This document shows positions 1-8,778 of a stretch of DNA of 35,548 bases, piece by piece. This stretch comes from an uncultured Verrucomicrobiales bacterium (GTDB lineage: Bacteria; Verrucomicrobiota; Verrucomicrobiia; Verrucomicrobiales; DEV007), in contig CALKOM010000140.1 of assembly GCA_938091905.1 (NCBI GenBank), positions 1-35,548 of the forward strand, in the 5' to 3' direction. The position numbers were made by a program, and so were the translations under genes. Under the pieces are notes generated by a model, which worked only from the letters and a program-made list of their open reading frames with translations, searched no databases and had not been told where the DNA came from. Within the stretch, counting starts at the first letter, position 1, and each line of letters opens with the position of its first letter.

Positions 1-1
1 T

Positions 2-550
2 GGTCTCAAGAACGAGTGCCTAAATCGCAGTTACTCGAAGTCGATTGTCAGTCGTCTAGCAAGCCATGATCCGAGCAAAGCATTTCAGATGTCGTTAGAT
101 TCTCTCGATCCAGCCAATCGTGTGGGCTCTGCTCGATGGACGCTAATACAATGGATGGGGCAAGATGCCGAAGCCGTGAGCAGGGCCTACTTGGAGAAGC
201 CGGCGGAATTTTTTCAAAATGAGCAGATAAGGCGTTCGGCCGTGCACTTTGGGGGCTCGATGGCCAAACGTGACATCGACAAAGCGTTGGTGCACGCGGA
301 ACAGATCCCAGACAAACAATCGAAGAGGCAGTGGATCGACGGCGCTGCGTGGGAGATCGCGAACGATGATCCAGCGAAGGCCGCTTCGATTGCGGAGGCG
401 CTGCCACTGAGTGGGAGCCGGAAACGCAGCGTTGCTGCACATTGGCTAACCAAGGACGACGAGACGGCCACTCAGTGGATCGAAGAAAGTTCCAACTTCG
501 ATACAAAGGCGAATCTTCAAGGAGCCGTCAGCCAATCCGCGAGCCAGTAG
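2..550 (+). CDS. Hypothetical helical-repeat protein, 5' end outside the window
   Basis: The frame is open from base 2 (GLKNECLNRSYSKSIVSRLASHDPSKAFQM...) to TAG at 548-550. It has recurrent W/L-x3-D-P/A-x2-A units (LASHDPSKA, WMGQDAEAV, IANDDPAKAA, WLTKDDETA) typical of verrucomicrobial helical-repeat proteins. Confidence 0.65.
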   Translation, partial: GLKNECLNRSYSKSIVSRLASHDPSKAFQMSLDSLDPANRVGSARWTLIQWMGQDAEAVSRAYLEKPAEFFQNEQIRRSAVHFGGSMAKRDIDKALVHAEQIPDKQSKRQWIDGAAWEIANDDPAKAASIAEALPLSGSRKRSVAAHWLTKDDETATQWIEESSNFDTKANLQGAVSQSASQ

Positions 551-622
551 ATCACTTTGGGATTATTCGAAGAGGGGTGCCCTACGCCACGACATATGGA
601 GGAAGAGAGGGTTTCTCCTCCC

Positions 623-2794
623 ATGTTGCGTATTAGCCTGGCTGTTCTTGCTCTATCGGTGATTCCGATGGGCGATGCGGTGGCCGAGCCTATCAGTTTT
701 CTTGATGACGTGTTGCCGGTGCTCAGCAAGGCGGGCTGCAGCGGTTCTTCGTGTCATTCCAAGCCTGCTGGACAGAACGGTTTCAAGCTCTCTGTGTTTG
801 CCTATGATCCACTAGCGGACTTCAAGGCGATTGTGGATGACCGGCGTGGGCGGAGATTGTCACCGGGAGCGCCCGAGCAAAGTTTACTCTTGCAGAAGGC
901 GACGCTTGCGGTGCCGCACGAGGGGGGCAAACGCTTTGCCAAAGACTCTCATGCCTTTGAGACCATTGCGCAATGGATTGAGGAGGGGAGTCCTTACAAG
1001 CATCCTGAGGATTCGCCTCTAGCCAAAATAGAGATTTCGCCAGCTGAGCTTGAGGCTGAGAAGGGAGAGCAAGTTGCGTTTACTGTGATGGCCCACTATG
1101 AGAATGGGCGTGAGCGTGACGTGACTGCTCTTGCTGACTTTGAATCGAACAAGGAAGAGATTGTTGAGATTGATGCGCAAGGGGATGCTGAAGTGCAGCA
1201 CCGCTATGGCGAGGCGATCGTGGTGGGACGGTTCTTAGGGCAGGTGGTTAATGCACGTGTCACGGTGGCCAAAGACGTTGCCTCGGGGGCCTTGGACTCT
1301 CTCCCGCGCGCTAGTTTCATCGATGATCTGGCCTATGCGAGGTTTGAGAAGTTGGGCGTGTTGCCCTCAGAGCCGTGCAGCGATGGTGAGTTTCTCCGCC
1401 GCACCTCGATCGACTTGATTGGAAAGTTACCCGGTGCCGAGACCGTACGGACTTTCCTTGGAGATGCTGACCCTGACAAGCGTCGCAAGTGGGTGGATAG
1501 ATGCCTGCAAGATCCTCGCTATGCGGATCATTGGGCTGTAAAATGGGCTGACCTCCTGCGACCGAATCCCGATCGCGCTGGAGTGAAGAGTGTTTACTTG
1601 CTAGACCAATGGCTGCGTCAGGTTTTTCGCGAGAATTGGCCTCTGGATCGCTTTGCTCGCGAGGTGCTTACCGCCCAGGGGAGTACGCATCGACACGGGG
1701 CGACGGTGATTTATAGGGATCGACGTACCCCAGAGGATCTAACGTCTTTGGTGTCGCAAGTTTTTTTAGGCGTTCGTTTAGAGTGTGCTCGTTGTCACCA
1801 CCATCCGAATGAGAAATGGAGTCAGGAGGACTACTACCAGATGGCGGCCTTCTTTGGTCAGCTCAAGAGAAAGGGTATAGGGGTCTCGCCCCCGATTTCT
1901 GGAGGGTGGGAAGTGTTTTATCATGGCAAAGGTGGTTCGGTGAAGCATCCCGTTACTCAGGTGGTGATGATGCCTCGCGCTCCTGATGGTCCAGAGTTGG
2001 AAGATCTTGGGCAGCGTGACCCACGGGAAAGTCTAGCTGATTGGTTGACTGAACCGAGCAACCCGTTCTTTGCCCGAGCGATGGTAAATCGAGTCTGGGG
2101 CGAGCTCTTTGGGCGCGGCATGGTGCATCCAGTGGATGACTTTCGGGCTACGAATCCGCCGACCAATCCAGCGCTACTAGACGCGCTGGCGCAGGACTTT
2201 GTTGGTCATCGTTATGATCTTAAACACCTGCTCAGACGAGTCACCCTATCAAACCTCTATCAGCAAAGCTCGGAGCCGAATGCGTCCAATGTCCAAGACA
2301 CGGAGAATTTCTCGCGCTCGTATCGTCGTCGCCTGTCTGCCGAGGTGGTTGCCGATGCCGTTGCTGAAGTCACGCAAGTGCCCGACGTTTTCGAGGGATT
2401 GCCGCAAGCCTCACGGGCAAATCAAGTCTGGAATTTTAAGATTGCGTCGGCAACGTTAGACGCCTTTGGTCGGCCTGATTCAAGTAGCGACTGTCCTTGT
2501 GAGCGGAACCTTTCTACGAGCGTCGTGCAAGCCTTGCACCTGATGAATGCGGAGTCGTTGCAAGCCAAGCTTGGTCACAAGAACGGGAGGGTAGAGGCCC
2601 TCGTCGAGAGTATGTCTTCTGAATCTGAGATTATCGAGGAACTGTATCTTTCGGTTTACAGTCGTCTACCTTCACCAGAGGAGCGCGAGGTGGCCCTGTC
2701 CTTTTACGGAGCAGCCGATTCTGATCGGAAGACGGCGACGGAAGATGTTTTTTGGGCCTTGCTCAACTCGGCGGAATTCGTCTTTAATCACTAA
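623..2794 (+). CDS. DUF1549/DUF1553 (PSCyt2/PSD1) domain protein with an Ig-like (Big_2) domain, secreted
   Basis: Signal peptide MLRISLAVLALSV...AVA from ATG 623. Motifs: SFLDDVLPVLSKAGCSGSSCH, EFLRRTSIDLIG, FLGVRLECARCHHHP (CxxCH), NPFFARAMVNRVW..LFGRG, RRLSAEV, CPCER, WALLNSAEFVFNH. Confidence 0.9.
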   Translation: MLRISLAVLALSVIPMGDAVAEPISFLDDVLPVLSKAGCSGSSCHSKPAGQNGFKLSVFAYDPLADFKAIVDDRRGRRLSPGAPEQSLLLQKATLAVPHEGGKRFAKDSHAFETIAQWIEEGSPYKHPEDSPLAKIEISPAELEAEKGEQVAFTVMAHYENGRERDVTALADFESNKEEIVEIDAQGDAEVQHRYGEAIVVGRFLGQVVNARVTVAKDVASGALDSLPRASFIDDLAYARFEKLGVLPSEPCSDGEFLRRTSIDLIGKLPGAETVRTFLGDADPDKRRKWVDRCLQDPRYADHWAVKWADLLRPNPDRAGVKSVYLLDQWLRQVFRENWPLDRFAREVLTAQGSTHRHGATVIYRDRRTPEDLTSLVSQVFLGVRLECARCHHHPNEKWSQEDYYQMAAFFGQLKRKGIGVSPPISGGWEVFYHGKGGSVKHPVTQVVMMPRAPDGPELEDLGQRDPRESLADWLTEPSNPFFARAMVNRVWGELFGRGMVHPVDDFRATNPPTNPALLDALAQDFVGHRYDLKHLLRRVTLSNLYQQSSEPNASNVQDTENFSRSYRRRLSAEVVADAVAEVTQVPDVFEGLPQASRANQVWNFKIASATLDAFGRPDSSSDCPCERNLSTSVVQALHLMNAESLQAKLGHKNGRVEALVESMSSESEIIEELYLSVYSRLPSPEEREVALSFYGAADSDRKTATEDVFWALLNSAEFVFNH

Positions 2795-2807
2795 CCGAAA
2801 CATCCCT

Positions 2808-4142
2808 ATGAGATCCATTCACCGAAATTGCCAAGGCATGGGCCGTCGCGACTTTCTCCAAGTTGGGCTTCATGGGCTCGCTGGCTTGGGACTCGTTGAT
2901 CTCATGCGTCTTCGCTCAGAGGCGGCCTCGGCGACGGGAAAAGTTTCCGCCAATGATACGCGCTGTATATTGATTTGGTTAGACGGTGGGCCGACTCATC
3001 ATGAAACGTTTGATCCAAAGCCAGAGGCGCCGGCAGAGATACGTGGCGAGTTGAATCCGATCTCGACGAATGTTCCAGGTATTCGTTTTTCGCAGGCGGT
3101 GCCGAAGTTGGCGTCTGTGGCCGATAAGTTTACCGTGATTCGATCCATTTGTCACAAGGACCCAAATCATGGGGGAGGGAATCACTACATGATGACTGGT
3201 GCACCGACTCCGGTGCCGGTGAATTGTGGAGCCTTTGTGACTTTTCACCCTTCGTTTGGATCCGTGGTCTCACACCATCGCGGAGTGCAGAACGGCATTC
3301 CTGCTTACATGACCTTGCCCCGCCAGTCCCGTTCGGGTGGGCCTAATTTCCTCGGAGCGGAGCACGCGCCATTCATTGTTGATGGAAATCCGAACAGCAA
3401 GTCGTTTCGGGTGCGCGATGTGGTTCTGCCAAAGTCGATTAGCGATGGCCGCGCACGGCGTCGGCGGGAGTTGCGCACGGCGTTAGACCGGATGAAACGC
3501 TTTCGCGATGCCGGAAGCAATGATCCCTCATTAGCGTTCGACACCTACTACGACCAAGGTCTGGAGCTGGTTACTTCAGAAACAGCCCAAGCAGCGTTTG
3601 ATTTGCACCAAGAACCAGATGCCACGAAAGAGCGCTATGGTCGAAATGACTTTGGGCAGCGTTTGCTAATGGCACGTCGCCTGACCGAAGTAGGCGTGCC
3701 GTTTGTCACGGTCTATCATGGTGGCTGGGATCATCACGTGGACATCTTCAAGGGCCTGAAGACAAAGTTGCCTCCGGTGGATCAGGGGATCTCTGGACTT
3801 ATCAGCGATCTCGATGAACGGGGTTCCTTAGAGAATACGATGGTCATCTTGTTGGGAGAGTTTGGTCGGACACCAAAGATCAACAAGCGCGGCGGTCGCG
3901 ATCACTGGCCCCATGCCATGTCCGTCCTGATGGCGGGAGCTGGAATTCCGGGCGGGCAAGTTGTCGGCGCGACGGATAAGAATGGGGCTTATGCCAATGA
4001 GAATGTTTATTCCCCTGAGGACTTCGCTGTTTCACTCTACACGAAGATGGGCATTGATCCGCATCAGATCTTTCATAATACCGTGGGGCGTCCAGTGCCC
4101 TTGGTGAATGGCGGTCAGCCCATTAGCGAGTTGTTCGTGTGA
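2808..4142 (+). CDS. DUF1501 domain protein with a Tat signal
   Basis: Twin-arginine motif RRDFLQVG, ILIWLDGGPTHHETFDPKP, GGWDHH, GEFGRTPKIN, GRDHWP. ATG 2808 lies 13 bp after the upstream stop. Confidence 0.92.
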   Translation: MRSIHRNCQGMGRRDFLQVGLHGLAGLGLVDLMRLRSEAASATGKVSANDTRCILIWLDGGPTHHETFDPKPEAPAEIRGELNPISTNVPGIRFSQAVPKLASVADKFTVIRSICHKDPNHGGGNHYMMTGAPTPVPVNCGAFVTFHPSFGSVVSHHRGVQNGIPAYMTLPRQSRSGGPNFLGAEHAPFIVDGNPNSKSFRVRDVVLPKSISDGRARRRRELRTALDRMKRFRDAGSNDPSLAFDTYYDQGLELVTSETAQAAFDLHQEPDATKERYGRNDFGQRLLMARRLTEVGVPFVTVYHGGWDHHVDIFKGLKTKLPPVDQGISGLISDLDERGSLENTMVILLGEFGRTPKINKRGGRDHWPHAMSVLMAGAGIPGGQVVGATDKNGAYANENVYSPEDFAVSLYTKMGIDPHQIFHNTVGRPVPLVNGGQPISELFV

Positions 4143-5566
4143 GAGCGCTTTGGTTATTAGGCTTGCTTTCGGTTTCGTGCCTTCAGGCAGCGCCCCCGGT
4201 GGTCGATGCGATCTTTCCCGTAGGAGGGCAGCGGGGTGAATCTGTTGCTGTCGAATTGATTGGCAAGGTGTCCGAGGAGGGGCTGCAGTTCTGGGCAAGC
4301 GATCCTGGCATCACGTTTGGGGATGGGAAGCTCACGTTGTCAGAGGATTGTTCGTTAGGCGCGCACTGGCTTCGATTCTACAATGTCGAGGGATCTGCAT
4401 TACCGCAGTTGTTTATGGTAGGAACCTCCCAGGCTGCCTTTGAAGTGGAGCCCAACAACACGATAGCTGAGGCTAATAAGGTCGCTTTAATGGGCGTGGT
4501 CGAATCCGACGAATATCAGATCATCTTGGAGAGTTCTATGCTAGATGGCCGCCTTGAGAAGTCAGGCGACGTGGATTTCTATGCGGTAAATTTGAAAGAG
4601 GGCGTCACTCTAACGGCGGAAGCCTATGCCTATCGATTAGATTCACCCATCGATCCACTGATTCGACTTGTTGATGTGGAAGGCGAAGTGCTGGCATGGA
4701 ATCATGACCGCTTTGATAGTTTGGATCCTAGACTTGAGTATGTGGTGAAATCATCGGGGACTTACTTTCTAATGATTGCAGGTTTCGCCTATCCGCCGCA
4801 GGCACGGAGCCGTTTTCATGGAAGTGCTGATACGGTTTATCGCCTCTTTGTGCATCACCCCGACTTTTTGGATCATCGGATGGATCTTCCTCAGGTGGAG
4901 ACGCGTCCTGGTGTGACTGAAGGGGTGATTTCTGAGATTGGGGAAGAAGATGATCATCTGATGGCCTTTTCAAAAAAGTCTGTCTACGAAATCACTGTCA
5001 ATGGTAGTCCTAGAAACTCTCCGTTTGATGCTTGGTTAGAGATTTGGGATGGGAAAGGAAAGTTGTTAGCTAAGAATGATGACGCAATTGGTTTTAATGC
5101 TCTTTTAGAATGGAGGCCGCCCGCAGACGGGACGTATGTGGTTCGTGTGCGTGATCTTCTGAGGCGTGGTGGAGATGACTACCGTTACGAACTTACGGTG
5201 AGGGAGGCGCCGCCTCGTTATGAGGTTAGTGTGAGCGATCACGCGTGGACGGCGATAGTCGGAGAAACGTTCGAGCTACCGGTGACTGTGAAACGCAAAC
5301 ATGGTCATGCGAGGCCGATCACGGTCACCTTGGAAGGGCTGCCGCTGAGCATTGATGCCCAGGCGCTTACCATTCCAGGGAATGCGAGCGAAGGTTTGAT
5401 ATGGCTGAACGCTTCAGCTGTATCGATGAAGGTGATCAGGTTGTCGGCCACCGATCAGTTAACAACAAGCAGCGTCTACTATTCGTTCAAAGGAGCGACC
5501 ACGGATGAGGGAGCATTGCTAAGAAATAGACTCGAAGAAATTCTCCTGATCGCGACGGAGAAATAG
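4139..5566 (+). CDS. Secreted PPC (pre-peptidase C-terminal) repeat protein
   Basis: Signal peptide, IFPVGGQRG, EVEPNN, GDVDFY and two PPC-like modules (DPLIRLVD...WNHD; DAWLEIWD...KNDD). GTGA start/stop overlap with the DUF1501 gene. Confidence 0.8.
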   Translation: MRALWLLGLLSVSCLQAAPPVVDAIFPVGGQRGESVAVELIGKVSEEGLQFWASDPGITFGDGKLTLSEDCSLGAHWLRFYNVEGSALPQLFMVGTSQAAFEVEPNNTIAEANKVALMGVVESDEYQIILESSMLDGRLEKSGDVDFYAVNLKEGVTLTAEAYAYRLDSPIDPLIRLVDVEGEVLAWNHDRFDSLDPRLEYVVKSSGTYFLMIAGFAYPPQARSRFHGSADTVYRLFVHHPDFLDHRMDLPQVETRPGVTEGVISEIGEEDDHLMAFSKKSVYEITVNGSPRNSPFDAWLEIWDGKGKLLAKNDDAIGFNALLEWRPPADGTYVVRVRDLLRRGGDDYRYELTVREAPPRYEVSVSDHAWTAIVGETFELPVTVKRKHGHARPITVTLEGLPLSIDAQALTIPGNASEGLIWLNASAVSMKVIRLSATDQLTTSSVYYSFKGATTDEGALLRNRLEEILLIATEK

Positions 5567-5569
5567 AAG

Positions 5570-5624
5570 TAACCATGGTACACACGGAAGGGCTTTCCGT
5601 GCTATTCTGTGCCTTCCGTGATTA
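5570..5624. repeat. Imperfect inverted repeat made of CACGGAA/TTCCGTG units between convergent genes; possible bidirectional terminator or REP-like element
   Basis: CACGGAAGG (5583-5591) is complementary to CCTTCCGTG (5612-5620). The right side carries three TTC(C/T)GTG units. Confidence 0.55.
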
Positions 5625-5632
5625 TTTAAAAG

Positions 5633-6709
5633 CTATTTGGCCATGTTACCGATGGTTTCCTGCAGGTAATTCCTGAGTTCTTCTAGGCCATCGCCCTTCT
5701 CTGCCGAGATGGACAATGTTTCGACTTTGGGAAAGCGTTGTTTGAAATTCTTGAGATTCTCTTCGAATTCAGGAAGGTCCATCTTGTTGGCGATGACCAT
5801 CCACGGGCGCTTTGCTAACAGATCATCATAGAGGGAGATTTCTGTGCGAAGCTTGGCGATGTCTTCACAGGGATCGCGTTCTTCGCTGCCGGCCATGTCG
5901 ACAACGAATAGCAGCAGGCTACAGCGCGTGATGTGGCGCAGGAAGTCATGACCGAGGCCCACATTCTTGTGAGCGCCTTCAATGAGTCCAGGGATGTCTG
6001 CTAGAGTCACGCGACCGTAGCCTTCAGACTCGACCACGCCAACCATGGGACGAAGCGTGGTGAAGGGGTAGGAGGCTACCTTGGGCTTTGCAGCGCTGAG
6101 TGCACCTAACAGCGTTGACTTGCCAGCGTTAGGGAAGCCGACAAAGCCGGCATCGGCGATGCGGCGGAGTTCCAGGAAGTAGGTGCCTTGTTCGCCAGGC
6201 TCACCATGGGTGAATTCGGTGGGGGCTTGGTTGGTGGACGACTTGAAATTCATGTTGCCCTTGCCGCCCTTGCCGCCCTTGGCGAGCACGAACTGCTGGC
6301 CGATTTCCGTGAGATCGGCGATCTGTATCATCTCATCAATATCGTCCGTTGGCTTCTCGGCTTCGATGGGGATACCATCCTCATCATAGTCGGGCTCGGT
6401 CTTCGCGCCTTCGTTGGTCTGATAGATCACCGTGCCAGGAGGCACGGGAGTGATGATGGATTTGCCGCCCTTGCCGGTCTTCTGCTGGCTACTGCCTGGC
6501 ATGCCGTTCTTGGCTCTTTGCTGAGGCGTGTAGAAGAAGGTGCGTAGGTCGTTGGTATGCGGACTGACCTCAAAGATGACGTCACCACCCTTGCCGCCGT
6601 CGCCGCCGTCGGGTCCGCCCTTAGGCTTAAACTTGGCACGGTGAAGACTGGCGCAGCCGTTGCCGCCGTTGCCTGCCCAAACGTGAATCTTGATTCGATC
6701 TACGAACAT
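5633..6709 (-). CDS. obgE: GTPase ObgE/CgtA
   Basis: MFVD...AGNGGNG Gly-rich Obg domain, GGPDGGDGGKGG, G1 GFPNAGKST, YPFTTL, DIPGLIEGA, NKMD. Confidence 0.98.
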   Translation of the reverse strand: MFVDRIKIHVWAGNGGNGCASLHRAKFKPKGGPDGGDGGKGGDVIFEVSPHTNDLRTFFYTPQQRAKNGMPGSSQQKTGKGGKSIITPVPPGTVIYQTNEGAKTEPDYDEDGIPIEAEKPTDDIDEMIQIADLTEIGQQFVLAKGGKGGKGNMNFKSSTNQAPTEFTHGEPGEQGTYFLELRRIADAGFVGFPNAGKSTLLGALSAAKPKVASYPFTTLRPMVGVVESEGYGRVTLADIPGLIEGAHKNVGLGHDFLRHITRCSLLLFVVDMAGSEERDPCEDIAKLRTEISLYDDLLAKRPWMVIANKMDLPEFEENLKNFKQRFPKVETLSISAEKGDGLEELRNYLQETIGNMAK

Positions 6710-6718
6710 TGTGTTATG

Positions 6719-7828
6719 TTAGCTCCCGTGTTTGGCGTGCCATTCTTTGTAGACACCTGGAGAAATCTCTGAAGGTTTGATTTCGCTGCGTCCACCCCAG
6801 AAAACATTGGTATATTCGACAGGGGCTCCAATGGACGCCAGGTGTGCATCAATGGCCGCCTTGTGTTCCATGATGCGGTCCTTGTCCGTGCCGTGGACGA
6901 CACCCATGATATTCACATTGCCAAATTGTGGGCCGCCTTCGCGCCAATAGCAGTGGGTCATGATGTGGTGACGCCCGACTTCCCCGCCGAGCCGTGGTTC
7001 TTCTCCCTTGGGCACTTTCCAGTGAAAGAGACCGTTGAAACGGGTGACACGCTTGCCCGTGTCTGACGGTTTCACATGCTCCAGGAAAGTCGAGAAACGT
7101 CCGATGACGCTCTTAGCGTTGAGTTCACGAGCGACCTCAAAAAAGCGTTCCAGGCTCACTCCCGCCTCTTCCGCGCGTGCGTTCCAAGGCTCCGGGCAAA
7201 CTTCATCCAGCGTGAGTTCCGCTTTCATGGCTAACAAGACGCGCCATTCTTCTTCGTTTAACTCAACGGTCGCGGTTGTGTTCATGACTGCGGGCTGATC
7301 GGACTTGGAACCGATCTCCATCGTCTTGCGCCGAACATGACCCACACCGAGAGCGAAGATGCCTTTGGCTGGCATGAGAATGAATTCCTCCGCACCGACG
7401 AGTCGCTTGAGAACATTGCCGTGTTCTTCGAGGGACTCGCCTTGGGGGACTTTTAACGTGGTCCAAAGCTTGTACTCGGAACCAGAAATCTCGCGATCGG
7501 TTGATCGGGTGACCACGTGACCACTGAACGGATCTTCCTTGAACATGAACTCGAAAGCCGAGTCCAGTTTGTTTGCGGGCATGCGCCAAGCGACGAGGGC
7601 ACCGTGGGCCAACTTGGTGGCTAGGAGGGTCTGTCGGACTCGACGAATGACGCCTTCGTCCAGCATGGCGCGGATGCGCTCTAACACCGTGTCTAGTTCG
7701 ACGCCAGATTTCTCGGCAATGACATGGAAAGGATTCTCTTGGAAACCCGCTACCAGGTCTTCGGAAACCGTCAGAATTTGGGCATTGATTGGATCATCAT
7801 GCTCGATCGGAACCTGCTGCGTACTCAT
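6719..7828 (-). CDS. Fused siroheme decarboxylase AhbA/AhbB (NirDL)-like protein, Lrp/AsnC fold x2
   Basis: Two tandem HTH + AsnC-like units: PFHVIAEKSG...GVIRR...ALVAW...GHVVTR...YKLWTT and PWNARAEEAG...VIGRF...NGLFHWKVP...THCYWR...NIMGVVHG. ATG 7828 is preferred as start, with TTGACT upstream. Confidence 0.7.
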   Translation of the reverse strand: MSTQQVPIEHDDPINAQILTVSEDLVAGFQENPFHVIAEKSGVELDTVLERIRAMLDEGVIRRVRQTLLATKLAHGALVAWRMPANKLDSAFEFMFKEDPFSGHVVTRSTDREISGSEYKLWTTLKVPQGESLEEHGNVLKRLVGAEEFILMPAKGIFALGVGHVRRKTMEIGSKSDQPAVMNTTATVELNEEEWRVLLAMKAELTLDEVCPEPWNARAEEAGVSLERFFEVARELNAKSVIGRFSTFLEHVKPSDTGKRVTRFNGLFHWKVPKGEEPRLGGEVGRHHIMTHCYWREGGPQFGNVNIMGVVHGTDKDRIMEHKAAIDAHLASIGAPVEYTNVFWGGRSEIKPSEISPGVYKEWHAKHGS

Positions 7829-7878
7829 GCCCGGAACAACCGGGGATTCCTGCACAAGTCAAGGCAAGAAGGCGGCTA

Positions 7879-8749
7879 CTACCGGCTGACCAGCTTGATC
7901 ACGTAGGCACCATGGTGGCGGACGCGCTCGCCCTGCTTGCTGGCGGACGCGCTCGCCCTGCTCGCTGGCGGTGAGGAAGAGGTGGCCACGGACACCGCTG
8001 TCCAAGACGTTCAGCGCTTTGTTAGCGAGTTCAACAGGGAGCTGAATGGAGCTGAGGGCTTTGGTTTTGAGATCGTAGCGGTAGAGAAGGGTGCGACCCA
8101 CGGCTTCGGCTTCTTCGGAATCTGGAGAGACGCCAGCCGGTGGGAGACCGATTTCACCGATGGCTGAACCGTCCGGTGAGGCCTTCCATGCACTGAAGTC
8201 ATAGCTTGAGCCTGGCACGGTCTGGGTAAGCTTCGTCTATCCGCCTAGATAAATGATCCACTGGGTGGCGTCAGCGGTCGTTTCGAAGCCGTAGATGCCT
8301 TTGCGAAAGGGAGCTTTGAACAGCGTCTTCTTGTCGGAGGCTCTGACAATGCGTGCCTTCTTTCCACGACCGACAAGAATTGGGCGTTCTGCTTGGGCCA
8401 GCGCTGCTTGAGCCGAGGCCGCAGAAGCTTTGCTAGCCTTGAGAGCCTCTTTCTGAATGAGCTGATAACTATCGCCAGCACGCATGAGTAGCTGATCGCC
8501 AAACCAGTCCATGACCTCGCCGGCCAAGTGCAAGTGAGATATCTCGCCTTTGTCGATGTTGATCACGCATTGGTGATCACCTTGGTGAGCTAATGCTTTG
8601 CTAGGGTCATGCGGGCAGAAACTCACTTTCACGGCTTCGACTCCACGTCCAACAGTGGGGAAGCGTTTGAGGATTTCTGCACGGTGCTGGCCGTGCGCAG
8701 CAGAAGAAGCTAGCAGAATGGCTGAGGCGGCAAGGGCGAACGCTTTCAT
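7879..8749 (-). pseudogene. Disrupted secreted hypothetical protein (possibly beta-propeller-like)
   Basis: Signal peptide MKAFALAASAILLASSAAHG. An in-frame TAG at 8237-8239 joins ORFs 8237-8749 and 7859-8218 (WIIYLGG*TKLTQTVPGSSY). A 25-bp duplication shifts the C-terminus; removing it gives ...GERVRHHGAYVIKLVSR followed by TAG TAG (first stop 7879-7881). Confidence 0.7.
7916..7971. repeat. 25-bp tandem duplication (one mismatch) bounded by TGGCGG microhomology
   Basis: TGGCGGACGCGCTCGCCCTGCTTGC (7916-7940), TGGCGGACGCGCTCGCCCTGCTCGC (7941-7965), then TGGCGG (7966-7971). Confidence 0.95.
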
Positions 8750-8778
8750 GATCGGTGTGAGGCGATGGTGTTAGCTAG

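Noticed and set aside
598..621. GGAGGA...TCCTCC hairpin before the DUF1549 start as a translational switch
   Set aside because: The stem is short and the GGAGGA lies 19 nt from the ATG, too far for an SD. No recognisable riboswitch fold.
6255..6285. Tandem TTGCCGCCC repeats in obgE
   Set aside because: They encode the normal GGKGGKG glycine-rich Obg motif.
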